Assembly (NCBI GenBank): GCA_963850305.1
Contig: CAWKKR010000007.1
Location: 672,001-736,000, forward strand
DNA: 64,000 bases
Source of the DNA: an uncultured delta proteobacterium
GTDB taxonomy: Bacteria; Myxococcota_A; Polyangia; Polyangiales; Polyangiaceae
Reading direction: 5' to 3'
Made by a program: the position numbers and the translations under genes. A model generated the notes under the pieces. That model did no database searches, was not told the DNA's origin, and saw nothing but the letters and a program-made list of their open reading frames with translations. Each line of letters starts with the position of its first letter. Within the stretch, counting starts at the first letter, position 1. Of this stretch, positions 17,466-27,486 are shown piece after piece.

Positions 17466-20400
17466 TCACTCGCACGCAGTCGACGTCGTTCCGGTGATGA
17501 CTTGAATCCGGCCGCCGCCGCCGCCGCCGCCGCCGCGTGAGCCGGAGGGTGCGTTGGCGCCTGCGGTGCTTCCCGTGGTGGCACCGACCTTGAACGCCGT
17601 GCCGCCGGCTCCGCCGGTGTCGCTGCTGTTGCTGGCTCCCCCGATCGCCGCCGTGTTGTCCGTGGTGTGTCCGTTGTCGCCGCTGTTGAAGGTCGTGTTG
17701 TTGCTGCTCCCGCGGCCGGCGCTGCCGCCGCCGCCGTGAGCACGCGCGGCGCCGCCGGTGCCAAAGACCGGTGCCGCAGGCGACACGAGCAAAATGCCGC
17801 CGCCGCTGCCGCCGCCCCCGCCGCCGGCGGGCGACGACAGATTGGTCTGCTTCTGTCCCCCGCTGCCCTCCGTGGTGATCGTAGCCGCGCCGGTCGAGCC
17901 GATCGTCAGCGTTCCCGAGGCGCTGATCTCGACCGCGCCGCCGCCGAATCCGCCGAGGCCCGGCGTCGTCGCGTCACCGTTGGCGCCCGAGCAACCGCCC
18001 CTGAGGGGGATGAGCGTCGTGATCGTGCTGACCACGCCGCCGGCGCCCGAGCCCTTTCCGCCCGCCGTGCCGAAGCCGCCGCCGCCGCCGCCGTAGTGGC
18101 CTCCCGCCGTGCCGACGGTGCCCGTCTGGAGCGGCGTGGTGCACTGGCTCGCGATGCTTCCGCCGGGCCCCGGTCCTGCAGCAGTGGCCCCCGCGTCGAT
18201 CATGCCGCCCGAATCCACGAGCACGTTGCCCGAGACGAGGAAGACGATGGGCTTGTTGCCCTGGAGCCGGATGACGTGATTGTTCGTCACGGTGAGGCCC
18301 GTCAAGCGAACGACCATCACGGTCGGCCCCGACGAGTCTTCCTGCGCGACGCCGTTCGTGAAGTCCAGAGTGCCAAGCGCGCAGCTCGTGCTCGTGATGG
18401 AGCCGCTGGTCGAGTCAATCGTCGTCGTGCCAGCGGCGTTGCAGTTCCAGGCGGGAGATGTTTTGAAGTTCGTGGCCCACGGCGCTGGATCGACGTTGAC
18501 GGTGGGTGGCAGCGTCACGTTCGTGCAGCACGGAGCGCAGGAACCGCCGCAGTCGACGCCTGTTTCGGTCCCGTTCTTCACGCCGTCCGTGCACGTCGCG
18601 GCGACGCACTTCTTGCTGGTGCAGACGAGGCTCTGGCAGTCCGAAGCGACGGCGCATGCGTCGCCCGACGGGCAGCTCGGGCAGCTCCCGCCGCAGTCGA
18701 CGTCCGTCTCGGTTCCGTTCTTCACGGTATCCGAGCACGACGGCGCGGCACACGTGCCGCCGCTGCACACGCCGCTCGCGCAATCCTTCGCCGCCCCGCA
18801 TCGCTTTCCGTCCGCGCATTTCGAGCAGCTTCCGCCGCAGTCGATGTCCGTCTCGGTGCCGTTCTTTACGAAATCGGTGCACGTCCCAGCCTGGCAGGTC
18901 CCCGAGCAGACCAGGCTCACGCAATCGCTCGACACGAGGCAGTCGACGCTCGTGCCACACGCGGGACAGGTCCCACCGCCGCAATCCGTCCCGGTCTCCT
19001 TTCCGTTCGTGATGCCGTCGGTGCACGTTCCGGTCTGGCAGGCCCCGCCTGTGCAGTGTCGACTCGTGCAGTCGTTTGCCGCCGTGCAATGGTCCGAATC
19101 GGCGCAGGGAGGGCAACTCGGACCGCCGCAATCGACGTCCGTCTCGGTCCCGTTCTGCACGCCATCCCCGCAGCCCGGAGCCGCGCACACCTTGCTCCCC
19201 GGCGCGCAGAACGCCGTGGAGCAATCGGAGGCCGTTCCGCACTTTGCGCCGACGGCGCACGCCGGGCAGGTCGGACCGCCGCAATCGACGTCCGTCTCGC
19301 CCCCGTTCCGGACGTCGTCCGAACACGTCGCGTCGGCGCACGCGGATGCGGTGCACACTCCCGATGCGCAATCGGAGGCCTGCTTGCACGCCGTGCCGAT
19401 CGCGCATGCCGCGCAGGACGTGCCGCCGCAATCGATCCCCGTCTCTGCGCCGTTCATCACCCCGTCCGAGCACGTCGCGTCGGCGCACGCCGCTCGCGTG
19501 CACACGTCGCTCGAACAGTCGGTTGCGACGAAGCACGCGAGGCCGGACCCGCAGCCCGGGCACGAGCCGCCGCAATCGACGTCCGTCTCGGTCCCGTTCC
19601 GGACGGAGTCGCTGCACGTCGGGGCGCTACACGTGCTGCTGTTGCTGCACACCTTACTAGCGCAGTCGGAATTGATGTCACAGTGAGAGCCCGTCGCGCA
19701 ACCGACGCAGCCGCCGCCGCAGTCGACTCCGGTTTCGGCTCCATCGCGCACTCCGTCGGTGCACGCCGCATCCACGCAAATCCCGGACACGCACAATTCG
19801 GTCGCACAATCCGCGGGGCCCGTGCACGGCGTGCCGAGCACGCAGGCCGCGCAGTCCCCGCCGCAGTCGATGCCGGTCTCGGAGCCGTTCTTCAGCCCGT
19901 CCGCGCACGTAGCGTCCTGGCATGCCGTGGCCGTACACACGCCGCTCGTGCAATCGCCGCCGGACGCGCACGTTCCTCCCGGCCTGCACGGGCTGCATGT
20001 CGACCCGCCGCAGTCGACGTCCGTTTCGGCTCCATTCTTGATACCATCCCCGCAGGTCATCGAAGCGCACACGCCGTTCCCGCAGACGCCGCTCACGCAG
20101 TCCGTCGGGTTCGCGCACGCTCTTGCGTCCACGCAAGCCGGACAGTCCCCGCCTCCGCAGTCGATGTCGGTCTCGGCTCCATTCTTCACGCCGTCGCTAC
20201 ACGACGCGGCCGCGCACGTGCCGTCCGCGCACTCGAGGCTCACGCAATCCGCGGCCCCGAGGCAGCTCCGCGTGTCGGCGCACGCGGGACACGTTCCGCC
20301 GCCGCAATCGACGTCCGTTTCCGCGCCGTTCTTCACGCCGTCCGTACACGTCGAGCCGCCGCCGGACCCTGCGGCACCCGTCACGCCGCCGTCTCGGCCC

Positions 20401-20492
20401 GCGCCGTTGCTGAGATCGTCCAGTCCCGAGAGCGCGCAGCCCTGGACGAGCGCGCCGACCAGCATCGCTTCGAGCCAGACGATGATGCGCAC
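17466..20492 (-). CDS. Cys-rich repeat lipoprotein (13 CxDxxxxGxETxxDCGG repeats) with Gly-rich C-terminal domain
   Basis: Lipobox LVQGC; 13 repeats of about 48 aa; C-terminal domain with WNCNAAGTTTIDS, PLRGGCSG and poly-Gly runs. Confidence 0.85.
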   Translation of the reverse strand: MRIIVWLEAMLVGALVQGCALSGLDDLSNGAGRDGGVTGAAGSGGGSTCTDGVKNGAETDVDCGGGTCPACADTRSCLGAADCVSLECADGTCAAASCSDGVKNGAETDIDCGGGDCPACVDARACANPTDCVSGVCGNGVCASMTCGDGIKNGAETDVDCGGSTCSPCRPGGTCASGGDCTSGVCTATACQDATCADGLKNGSETGIDCGGDCAACVLGTPCTGPADCATELCVSGICVDAACTDGVRDGAETGVDCGGGCVGCATGSHCDINSDCASKVCSNSSTCSAPTCSDSVRNGTETDVDCGGSCPGCGSGLACFVATDCSSDVCTRAACADATCSDGVMNGAETGIDCGGTSCAACAIGTACKQASDCASGVCTASACADATCSDDVRNGGETDVDCGGPTCPACAVGAKCGTASDCSTAFCAPGSKVCAAPGCGDGVQNGTETDVDCGGPSCPPCADSDHCTAANDCTSRHCTGGACQTGTCTDGITNGKETGTDCGGGTCPACGTSVDCLVSSDCVSLVCSGTCQAGTCTDFVKNGTETDIDCGGSCSKCADGKRCGAAKDCASGVCSGGTCAAPSCSDTVKNGTETDVDCGGSCPSCPSGDACAVASDCQSLVCTSKKCVAATCTDGVKNGTETGVDCGGSCAPCCTNVTLPPTVNVDPAPWATNFKTSPAWNCNAAGTTTIDSTSGSITSTSCALGTLDFTNGVAQEDSSGPTVMVVRLTGLTVTNNHVIRLQGNKPIVFLVSGNVLVDSGGMIDAGATAAGPGPGGSIASQCTTPLQTGTVGTAGGHYGGGGGGFGTAGGKGSGAGGVVSTITTLIPLRGGCSGANGDATTPGLGGFGGGAVEISASGTLTIGSTGAATITTEGSGGQKQTNLSSPAGGGGGGSGGGILLVSPAAPVFGTGGAARAHGGGGSAGRGSSNNTTFNSGDNGHTTDNTAAIGGASNSSDTGGAGGTAFKVGATTGSTAGANAPSGSRGGGGGGGGRIQVITGTTSTACE

Positions 20493-20684
20493 CGTTACAG
20501 ACTAGCCGATATCCACGGGGTGCGGCGTCGAGCAGGCACCGACCTCGTCAACCACGTCGGTACACATGCCTACACTGCCCGCGACAGGCGATGGCTCGCG
20601 TGGAAGATCGAGTGTCCGGACGGCGTAGGGAACCGTTAGGCTCATGGGTTCGGAGCAGTCTCGCTCCGAGGTTCGGAGGGTCAG

Positions 20685-21347
20685 ATGAGACGGTTCTTCC
20701 AGGTTGCATCGTCGTTCGCCGTGTTCTTCGCTGCCGGGTTGGCGTTCGCCGATCCAATCCCGTCGCCGGACGCGCCCTCGATCGGCCCGGCGGCGGTGAC
20801 GCCCCCGAGCGCCGCACCCGCGGACTCGACGACCGTCGCGATGTCCCCGCGCGCGGCCGACGAGGAGCGCACCGCGAAGAACGTGCTCTACATCGAGGGC
20901 GGCGGTCCCGCGCTGCTTTATTCGCTCAACTACGAGCGAACCTTCGGCGACTTCTCCGGTCGCATCGGGCTCATGTACTTCTCCGTGTCCGCGAGCGGAG
21001 AGTCGTCCGACGGTTCGTCGGGAGGGAGCGCTTCGGCAGCGTTCCTCGGCGTCCCGCTCGAAGTGAACTATCTCGGGATCGGTTCGAAGAAAAACATGCT
21101 CGAACTCGGAATCGGCGCGACCATCTTTCACGCAGGTGAAGGTGCGTCGGCGTTCGGCGCGGGCTCGAAGACCTCGGCCAGTGCAGGGGCCACGTGGGTC
21201 TGGCCGAACGCGATCGTCGGTTATCGTTACCAGCCACCGGACGGAGGTTTCGTATTCCGTGCGGGGCTGGCGCCCATGGTGGCTCCGGGACTGATAGCGT
21301 TCATCCCGCTGCCCTATCTCGCACTCGGCGGCGCGTTTGGCCCCTGA
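20685..21347 (+). CDS. Small outer-membrane beta-barrel protein
   Basis: Signal peptide ending AFA; NVLYIEGGG..YSLNYER, GYRYQP..GGFVFRAGL and C-terminal LGGAF. Confidence 0.7.
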   Translation: MRRFFQVASSFAVFFAAGLAFADPIPSPDAPSIGPAAVTPPSAAPADSTTVAMSPRAADEERTAKNVLYIEGGGPALLYSLNYERTFGDFSGRIGLMYFSVSASGESSDGSSGGSASAAFLGVPLEVNYLGIGSKKNMLELGIGATIFHAGEGASAFGAGSKTSASAGATWVWPNAIVGYRYQPPDGGFVFRAGLAPMVAPGLIAFIPLPYLALGGAFGP

Positions 21348-21353
21348 CAGACT

Positions 21354-21540
21354 GAAGCGACCCTGGTGAGATCGGTGCCGCTCGCGACGCGGTCGGAGGC
21401 GACCCTGACGAGAGAAGGGCCGCTCGCGACGCGGTGAGAGGCGACCCTGGCGAGAAAAGGGCCGCTCGCGACGCGGTGAGAGGCGACCCTGGCGAGAAAA
21501 GGGCCGCTCGCGACGCGGTGAGAGGCGACCCTGACGAAAT
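21354..21540. repeat. Intergenic 42-bp tandem repeat, about 4.4 copies
   Basis: Units start at 21354, 21396, 21438, 21480 and 21522; consensus GAGGCGACCCTGGCGAGAAAAGGGCCGCTCGCGACGCGGTGA. Confidence 0.9.
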
Positions 21541-21641
21541 CTGTACTGATCACGACGACATCCGTGTCTCGCCTGGCGAGATCGGCGCGGCGTCTCCTGA
21601 GTGCGTGACAGGCCGCGTGGGTTGACCGACACTATAAGAGA

Positions 21642-22091
21642 ATGCGCGTTCGCGCCGGACGTTCGAGTTGGGTGCGAACGGCGGCCGTCGCCGCTCTCCT
21701 CGCCGGCTGTGTGCCGCGCGCACCGACGTCGATCTCCGCCGGCGTACCGTCCCGATCGCCGTCCACGGTGTGTCCCTTCGGGCTTCGCGGGGTGCGTGTC
21801 AGCGTGGATGACGTCGACGCGGGTATCGACGTGGCCTTCGTCGCGTTCGCGACGGACGTGGTCGAGCTCCGTCGGAGAGTGCACGCGGCGTTCGACGGCC
21901 AGGGCGAGGGCGCCGAGCCGCCCGCTCCGGGGGCAGAGCCGCCCACGACGAACGCGCGCATCACGTTCGAGGACGCCGGCAACGGCATGATGATGCACGC
22001 ACGCACTTCCGTGCCCGGCGACGTGAAGCCCCTCCGCAAGGAGATGCGCGCGCTCGTCGAGCGTGCCGCGAAAGTCAAAGAGTGCCAGTAG
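21642..22091 (+). CDS. Hypothetical lipoprotein
   Basis: Lipobox LLAGC; two similar beta-beta-helix halves. Confidence 0.6.
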   Translation: MRVRAGRSSWVRTAAVAALLAGCVPRAPTSISAGVPSRSPSTVCPFGLRGVRVSVDDVDAGIDVAFVAFATDVVELRRRVHAAFDGQGEGAEPPAPGAEPPTTNARITFEDAGNGMMMHARTSVPGDVKPLRKEMRALVERAAKVKECQ

Positions 22092-22207
22092 GCCGAGCGA
22101 CGCACAGGACCTTGTGCACGGGGCCTCTCACGAGGCAGCCCTCGACCGAGATCGCCCTGCCCCCTCGTCGGGATGTCGGGGCGCGCTGACGGAAGGTTCA
22201 GGATGGC

Positions 22208-23560
22208 TTAGAACATCACGCCATCTTGCACGTAGATGCCGAGCGGCAGGTTCGGGTTCTCGGAGACCGCGTCGGGCGAATAGGCGACGTCGATGCGAAA
22301 GACGCCGGCCTGTCCCCAGATCAAATAGAGTCCGCCGCCGGCGCCCCATTTCAAGCCGAGGCCGTTGCCGTCGGCCGACGCGCGGAAGGTGTAGTCGGAC
22401 CAGAGACGGCCGGCGTCGAACAGGAGGTCCCCGCCGAAGTGGAACGCTTCGCCGAGGATGTGAACGTCGAACAGCATCCGGCGGAGTTCGAGGTTGCCGA
22501 GCACCTTCAGGGGGCCCAGGTAACGACCGGACGGCACGCCGCGAATGGCCTCGGGTCCGCCGATCATCTCGTCGTTTCGAAACGGGCCGCCGGTGTAAAG
22601 GTCGAAGAAGGGCACGTTCCCGAACTGCGCGTCGACGACTCCGCGCGCCGCGAGCACGACGCCGGCGGCGATGGGTTGATACGTCGCGAGCATCGCCCCG
22701 AATGCGCCGTAATGGATGTTCGCGTCGATCGGGAATGCCTGCACGAGGCGAACGCCGATCTGGTGGTAGCTTCCCTTCCTCGGGAAGTATTCGTTGTCGC
22801 GCGTGTCGTAAACGACGCCCGCGCCCACGAGGAGGGATGCGGTGTCTTCCACGCCGGTGACGGCATGGGTCGAGGCGTCTTCGACGAGCTTGCTGCCGGA
22901 GTAGGGAACCGGCGTGTCGTAGCGAAATGTCGTGGCGAGCATGATGTCCCAGGGCGGACGCCACGCGAACCGAGTGAGCTCGCGCACGCGGGCCTCGCGG
23001 TCGTCGAACTGGAAGTAGCGGCCCGGGTTCCCGAGGATGTCCCCGGGCTTCGTGGGGCTCGAGGCGTTTCCGATGCCGTAGTAGCCGTGGTTGATGGTGC
23101 GCTCGTAGGACACCGCCGGGTTCACGCGGATCTGACCGCCGTCCAGGCCGGGCCAGTCGAGTTGCCAGAGGTAGTTCTGTTGCGTGATCTCGGCGCCGTT
23201 CGGGCCCGACTTCACGCTCGCGGCGAGGAGCAGATCCATGTTCCACACGTAGGGGCGGAGTCCGCCGCCGAAGCGCGTGAAGGTGCCGACGCCGCCGAAC
23301 TCGAACCCGATGTCGCTGTCTCCGCCGAGTAGCGGGAATCCCGCAGGTTCGGAGCGCGACGTGTCGTAGTCGAGCTCGTCCGACTCCGCGGCGATCTGCG
23401 TGATCGGAGCAGGGCTGGACGTGCTGACCACGATCTTCGGGATCGATCCGCCGGAAGGGGGGGCGGCCGGCGCGGCGCGCGCTCCTGCCGCGACGCACAG
23501 GACGGCCGTGACGGCCGAGGCGCGGGCGAGCGATGGGGGAGGGGATTCGGAGCTGGTCAA
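22208..23560 (-). CDS. BamA/TamA (Omp85) family barrel protein without evident POTRA domains
   Basis: VYDTRDNEYFPRKG, IRGVPSGRYLG (Omp85 L6-like) and C-terminal F. The start is estimated (TTG 23560); the upstream part of the 705-aa track ORF overlaps the response regulator. Confidence 0.75.
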   Translation of the reverse strand: MTSSESPPPSLARASAVTAVLCVAAGARAAPAAPPSGGSIPKIVVSTSSPAPITQIAAESDELDYDTSRSEPAGFPLLGGDSDIGFEFGGVGTFTRFGGGLRPYVWNMDLLLAASVKSGPNGAEITQQNYLWQLDWPGLDGGQIRVNPAVSYERTINHGYYGIGNASSPTKPGDILGNPGRYFQFDDREARVRELTRFAWRPPWDIMLATTFRYDTPVPYSGSKLVEDASTHAVTGVEDTASLLVGAGVVYDTRDNEYFPRKGSYHQIGVRLVQAFPIDANIHYGAFGAMLATYQPIAAGVVLAARGVVDAQFGNVPFFDLYTGGPFRNDEMIGGPEAIRGVPSGRYLGPLKVLGNLELRRMLFDVHILGEAFHFGGDLLFDAGRLWSDYTFRASADGNGLGLKWGAGGGLYLIWGQAGVFRIDVAYSPDAVSENPNLPLGIYVQDGVMF

Positions 23561-23574
23561 GGCGCGGGCAAACG

Positions 23575-24279
23575 TCAGTGCGGAACGCGCAGACGATACC
23601 CGACACCCGGCTCGTTGATCAGATACTTGGGCTGCGCCGGCTCGGGCTCGATCTTGTACCTGAGCTTCTTCATGTAGACGCGCAGATACTGGACCTGCGT
23701 GGCGTAACCCGGGCCCCAGACCTCTTTCAGGATCTGGCGGTGAGTGAGCACGCGTCCCTGCGAGCGAATCATCAGGCGCAGGAGCCGGTACTCCGTCGGC
23801 GTGAGATGGATCTCGGCGCCGGAGATCGTCACGCGCCGCATGTCGAAGTCGACCATGAGGTCGCCGACCCGCGCGGTGCCGGAATCCCTCTCTTCGGCGT
23901 TCAGGTCCGAGTTTCGGAGGACGACGCGGATGCGCGCGAGGAACTCTCCCGTACCGAAAGGCTTGGTGACGTAGTCGTTCGCGCCCGCGTCGAGAGCGAG
24001 GATCTTTTGCTCCTCCTGCGCGCGCGCAGAGACCACGATGATGGGCACGGTGCTCCGCTCGCGGATCCGGCGCGTCACCTCGACGCCGTCGACGTCCGGG
24101 AGGCCGAGGTCGAGGAGGACCAGGCTCGGAGTCGAATCGAGCGCCCGCGAGATCGCTTCGAGTCCGTTCGAGACGAGCTCGCAGCGGTACCCCTGCTGCT
24201 TCAGCGTGACATGGAGCAGCGCGCGCGAGTGCGCCTCGTCGTCCACGACGAGGATCGTTGCGGGCTGGGCGGCCATCAT
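23575..24279 (-). CDS. KdpE-like OmpR family response regulator
   Basis: ILVVDDE, LLDLGLPD, GANDYVTKPF and YLRVYMKKLRYKIEPEPAQPKYLINEPGVGY; ATGA overlap with the kinase stop. Confidence 0.9.
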   Translation of the reverse strand: MMAAQPATILVVDDEAHSRALLHVTLKQQGYRCELVSNGLEAISRALDSTPSLVLLDLGLPDVDGVEVTRRIRERSTVPIIVVSARAQEEQKILALDAGANDYVTKPFGTGEFLARIRVVLRNSDLNAEERDSGTARVGDLMVDFDMRRVTISGAEIHLTPTEYRLLRLMIRSQGRVLTHRQILKEVWGPGYATQVQYLRVYMKKLRYKIEPEPAQPKYLINEPGVGYRLRVPH

Positions 24280-25373
24280 GCGACCTCCGAGACGCGAGAC
24301 TCGGCGACGTATCGTTCGAACGCATCCGCGCCCTTGTCGACCGGCAGCGCGAACGTGACCACCGTGCCGCCGCCCGCGCGGTTTTCGAGCCAGATATGAC
24401 CCTGGTGCGCCGTGATGATCGCCCGGCAAATGGTGAGACCGAGGCCGAAGCCGCCGTCGGTTCTCTGATCCCCTCGATACAGTCGTTCGAAGACCTTGTC
24501 CTCGGCGCCCCGCGGAACGCCGGGTCCGCGATCGGCTACCTCGACGAGAATGCGCTCGTCCTCGTACCGGGCGGTGAGTTCGATGGGTGACGAGGGGGGC
24601 GTGTAGCGCATCGCGTTCTCGATCAGATTGATGAGGACCTGTTCGACGAGGACCGGATCGAAGCAGGCGAGGGGCACCTCCTCCGGCACGTCCGTGCGCA
24701 CCGTGCGCCCTGCGAGGGCGTGTTCCAGCCGGACCAGCGCCGAGCCGATGACTTCGTCGATCGCCTGCGGCGTCCCTTTCACGCGAACTCGCCCGGACTC
24801 GAGCCGGGTGAGCTCGAGCAGGTTTTTCACGAGGCGCGCCAGCCGCTCCGATTCCTCCGACACCATGCGGGTCAGCTGACGGCGCTCCTCGGCGCCGAGG
24901 GTGTCTTCGTACAGCGCGCGGCTCGCCCCGACGATTGCGTTCAAGGGCGCCCGCAGATCGTGGGACATCGCGCTCAGGAGGGCATTCCGTAGCCCCTCGA
25001 CGTGAGCCTGTCGCCGAGCGTGGACGGCCTGCCGGCGGAGGCGGTCGGTCAGCACGCTGACGACGCCGGCGACGGCGAGCATGATGCCCATGGTGAGCAC
25101 GCTCTGTCCGTCCCCGACGGAGAGCGCGTTCTCCGGCGGGACGAAGAGGTAGTCGAAGGCGAGCACGCCCCCCAGCGCGGCAAAGATGGCGGGGCCTATC
25201 CCGTACCGCGCCGCTACGACGAGGACGCCGAGCGGGAAGAGAAGCACCCGGTCCGCGAGTCCGAGCACGCCGGTGCCCGCGAGCGAGACGGCCGAGCATG
25301 CAGCGACGACGGCGAGGGCGACGACGTACCCCGCGACCCATCGAGAGGGCCGGCCGTCATCGTCCGGAATCAT
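24276..25373 (-). CDS. Short KdpD-like sensor histidine kinase (DUF4118 TM domain, HisKA, HATPase)
   Basis: Four TM segments with FDYLFVPP; SHDLRAPL H-box; NLIENAMRY, DRGPG and GLGLTIC. Confidence 0.88.
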   Translation of the reverse strand: MIPDDDGRPSRWVAGYVVALAVVAACSAVSLAGTGVLGLADRVLLFPLGVLVVAARYGIGPAIFAALGGVLAFDYLFVPPENALSVGDGQSVLTMGIMLAVAGVVSVLTDRLRRQAVHARRQAHVEGLRNALLSAMSHDLRAPLNAIVGASRALYEDTLGAEERRQLTRMVSEESERLARLVKNLLELTRLESGRVRVKGTPQAIDEVIGSALVRLEHALAGRTVRTDVPEEVPLACFDPVLVEQVLINLIENAMRYTPPSSPIELTARYEDERILVEVADRGPGVPRGAEDKVFERLYRGDQRTDGGFGLGLTICRAIITAHQGHIWLENRAGGGTVVTFALPVDKGADAFERYVAESRVSEVA

Positions 25374-25448
25374 TTCCGCGCGACGCTCGCCGCGCAATCG
25401 GGCCGTCCGCAACACCGGGGAACGATACCACGGGTCGCGACGGCGAGG

Positions 25449-26264
25449 TTATTCGCAGCTCGCCGTGCCTCCCGAGGAGACGACGCACGCCTGGCCCGCC
25501 TTGCAAGTGACAGAGCTGCACGGGTCCGTCTCGCAGGTTGCCGAGCCGTCCGACTGGGCGACGCAGACGTCGCCTGTCTTGCATGTCACGCTCGTGCACG
25601 GGTCGGTCTCGCACATGCCGACGCCCGACTGGGCGACGCAGACCTCGCCCGCCTTGCACGTCACCCCCGCGCACGGATCGGTGTTCCCGACGCACGCACA
25701 GACCGCTGGGTCGTCGTTCCAGGTCTGCCCCGCTCCGCACGTCTTGGCGGCCTTGCACTCGCACACGCCGCCGCGGTCACGAGAGAGCCCGCCGAAGAAG
25801 AACGGGAACGGCATCCCATGATGGTCCTGGACCGAGCATGTCCCGGAACCCGGGCACGACGCGCCGTTCTCCCCGCACGCGGGCGCCGTGGCGCACGCTC
25901 CGTAGTGATCGATCGACGTGCCTCCTTGCACGGCCTCGCAGAAGTTGCCGTACGTCACGCCGTCGCAGCCGCAGACCTTGGCGACGTTCGACGGGCAGTG
26001 CTTCGGTCGATCGACGCAGATCCCCATGTGCTCGTTCGAACACCCGTTCGCGAGGATTGACGCGCAGACGCGTTCGCCGCCGCACTCCTTGGCTTCGCGT
26101 CCGCCACACACGCCGAAGGGGAGCGACAGATCGCTCGCGACGGTTCCGGTCGTCGCGTTCGTCTCCGACGGCGGCGACGCGCCGCTGCAGCCGGCGCACA
26201 GAGCCAGCAGGACGAATGACATCGGAAAGCCTCTGGTCACGTCGAGTAACGCGAATCTCGCCAT
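25449..26264 (-). CDS. Cys-rich lipoprotein with Kazal-type domain
   Basis: RBS GGAGG; lipobox LCAGC; Kazal motif VCGCDGVTYGNFCEA; three DPCxxVTCKxGxxCV repeats. Confidence 0.75.
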   Translation of the reverse strand: MARFALLDVTRGFPMSFVLLALCAGCSGASPPSETNATTGTVASDLSLPFGVCGGREAKECGGERVCASILANGCSNEHMGICVDRPKHCPSNVAKVCGCDGVTYGNFCEAVQGGTSIDHYGACATAPACGENGASCPGSGTCSVQDHHGMPFPFFFGGLSRDRGGVCECKAAKTCGAGQTWNDDPAVCACVGNTDPCAGVTCKAGEVCVAQSGVGMCETDPCTSVTCKTGDVCVAQSDGSATCETDPCSSVTCKAGQACVVSSGGTASCE

Positions 26265-26532
26265 GGTGCCTCCGTGCGTGCGCTGCGATCGAGTGCGCAT
26301 GTTCTATGGACACCCTACAGGCCGAGATATTCGAGTCAAGGCGCGCTCCGACAAACGTCGTTGACGGATCTAGTCGCGTGAAGCCACCCACATCGTCGCT
26401 GCCAGAAATCGCGGGATAATCCGGCGACGCGACGTGACATCGACATCTGGTGCCGCGTGTTCTCACATCCTACACGGACGCCGGGGGCGATGTGTGTTTC
26501 GACCGCAGATCTGGCGATCTGCTCCCTCGAAA

Positions 26533-27432
26533 TCAGCCGCCGGCCATGAGTTGCACGAGCCCGCCCATGAAGCCCTCGTAGCTCATGTTGGAGAAGATGG
26601 GGACGTCCAGCCCGCCGTCGACGACGAGCGCCTGTCCCGTGACGAACGAGGACTCGTCGCTCGCGAGAAAGAGAATCGCGTTCGCGACGTCCTCCGCGGT
26701 GCCGGCGCGCGGTATCGGCTGGCACGTCGCGAAATGCGCGGCGAGCTTGTCCCTGTCCACGGGGATGCCGGCGGGGCTGTCGTAGTAGATGGGGGTCAGC
26801 ATCACGCCGGGGCAGACGCAGTTGATCCGGACGCGAGAGGGCGCAACCTCCAGGGCCGCGGCGCGGCTCATCGAGATGAGCGCGCCTTTCGTCGCGGCGT
26901 ACGTCGTCTGGTTCGGCCACGCGCGCAGCGCGAGGATGGACGACAGGTTGACGATCGAGCCGCCGCCCCGTCGCGCAAGAAGCGGGATCGCCTGGCGCAT
27001 CCCGTGCCACGCGCCCTTCAGATTCACGTTCATCGTCCGTTCGAAGACGTGGTCCGGGACGCTCGAGAGGTTGCCTTCCGTCGTGCCGATGCCGGCGTTG
27101 TTCACCAGCACGTCCAGGCCGCCGAAGCGCGCGACCGCCGTCTCGAAGACGCGCGCCATCTGCTCCGCGTCGGTGACGTCCGCGGGGACGAAGCATGTCT
27201 TCGCTCCGAGGCGCGCGGCGATTGCCGCCCCGTCGTTTTCTCCGCCGAGCGTCCGGCGGGCATGATGGAGCTGTCCGCCGACCTTTTCGTTGGCGGCGCG
27301 TGCCGAGTCCGGCGTCAGATCGCAGAACACGACGCTGGCGCCCTCCGCGACGAAGCGCTCCACGACGGCGAGCCCGATGCCCGACGCGCCCCCCGTGACC
27401 ACGGCCACCTTGTTCGAAAGACGGTTCGTCAT
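26533..27432 (-). CDS. SDR family oxidoreductase
   Basis: TGGASGIG, NNAG, YAATK and VDGG. Confidence 0.92.
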   Translation of the reverse strand: MTNRLSNKVAVVTGGASGIGLAVVERFVAEGASVVFCDLTPDSARAANEKVGGQLHHARRTLGGENDGAAIAARLGAKTCFVPADVTDAEQMARVFETAVARFGGLDVLVNNAGIGTTEGNLSSVPDHVFERTMNVNLKGAWHGMRQAIPLLARRGGGSIVNLSSILALRAWPNQTTYAATKGALISMSRAAALEVAPSRVRINCVCPGVMLTPIYYDSPAGIPVDRDKLAAHFATCQPIPRAGTAEDVANAILFLASDESSFVTGQALVVDGGLDVPIFSNMSYEGFMGGLVQLMAGG

Positions 27433-27486
27433 CGTTTGCCTCTCACCGATCTCGTGCCCCGGGTTTCGCCCGTGGCGCCCCGCGTT

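Noticed and set aside
17667..20639. 990-aa plus-strand ORF and similar Arg/Ala-rich ORFs overlapping Cys-rich genes
   Set aside because: Shadow frames of repetitive GC-rich genes, with no recognisable motifs.
21354..21540. Possible CRISPR array
   Set aside because: Units are head-to-tail with no unique spacers, two units are identical, and no cas genes are present.
22208..25341. Apparent 705-aa Omp85 and 588-aa regulator fusion proteins in the ORF track
   Set aside because: The N-terminal extensions are off-frame readings of the neighbouring regulator and kinase genes.
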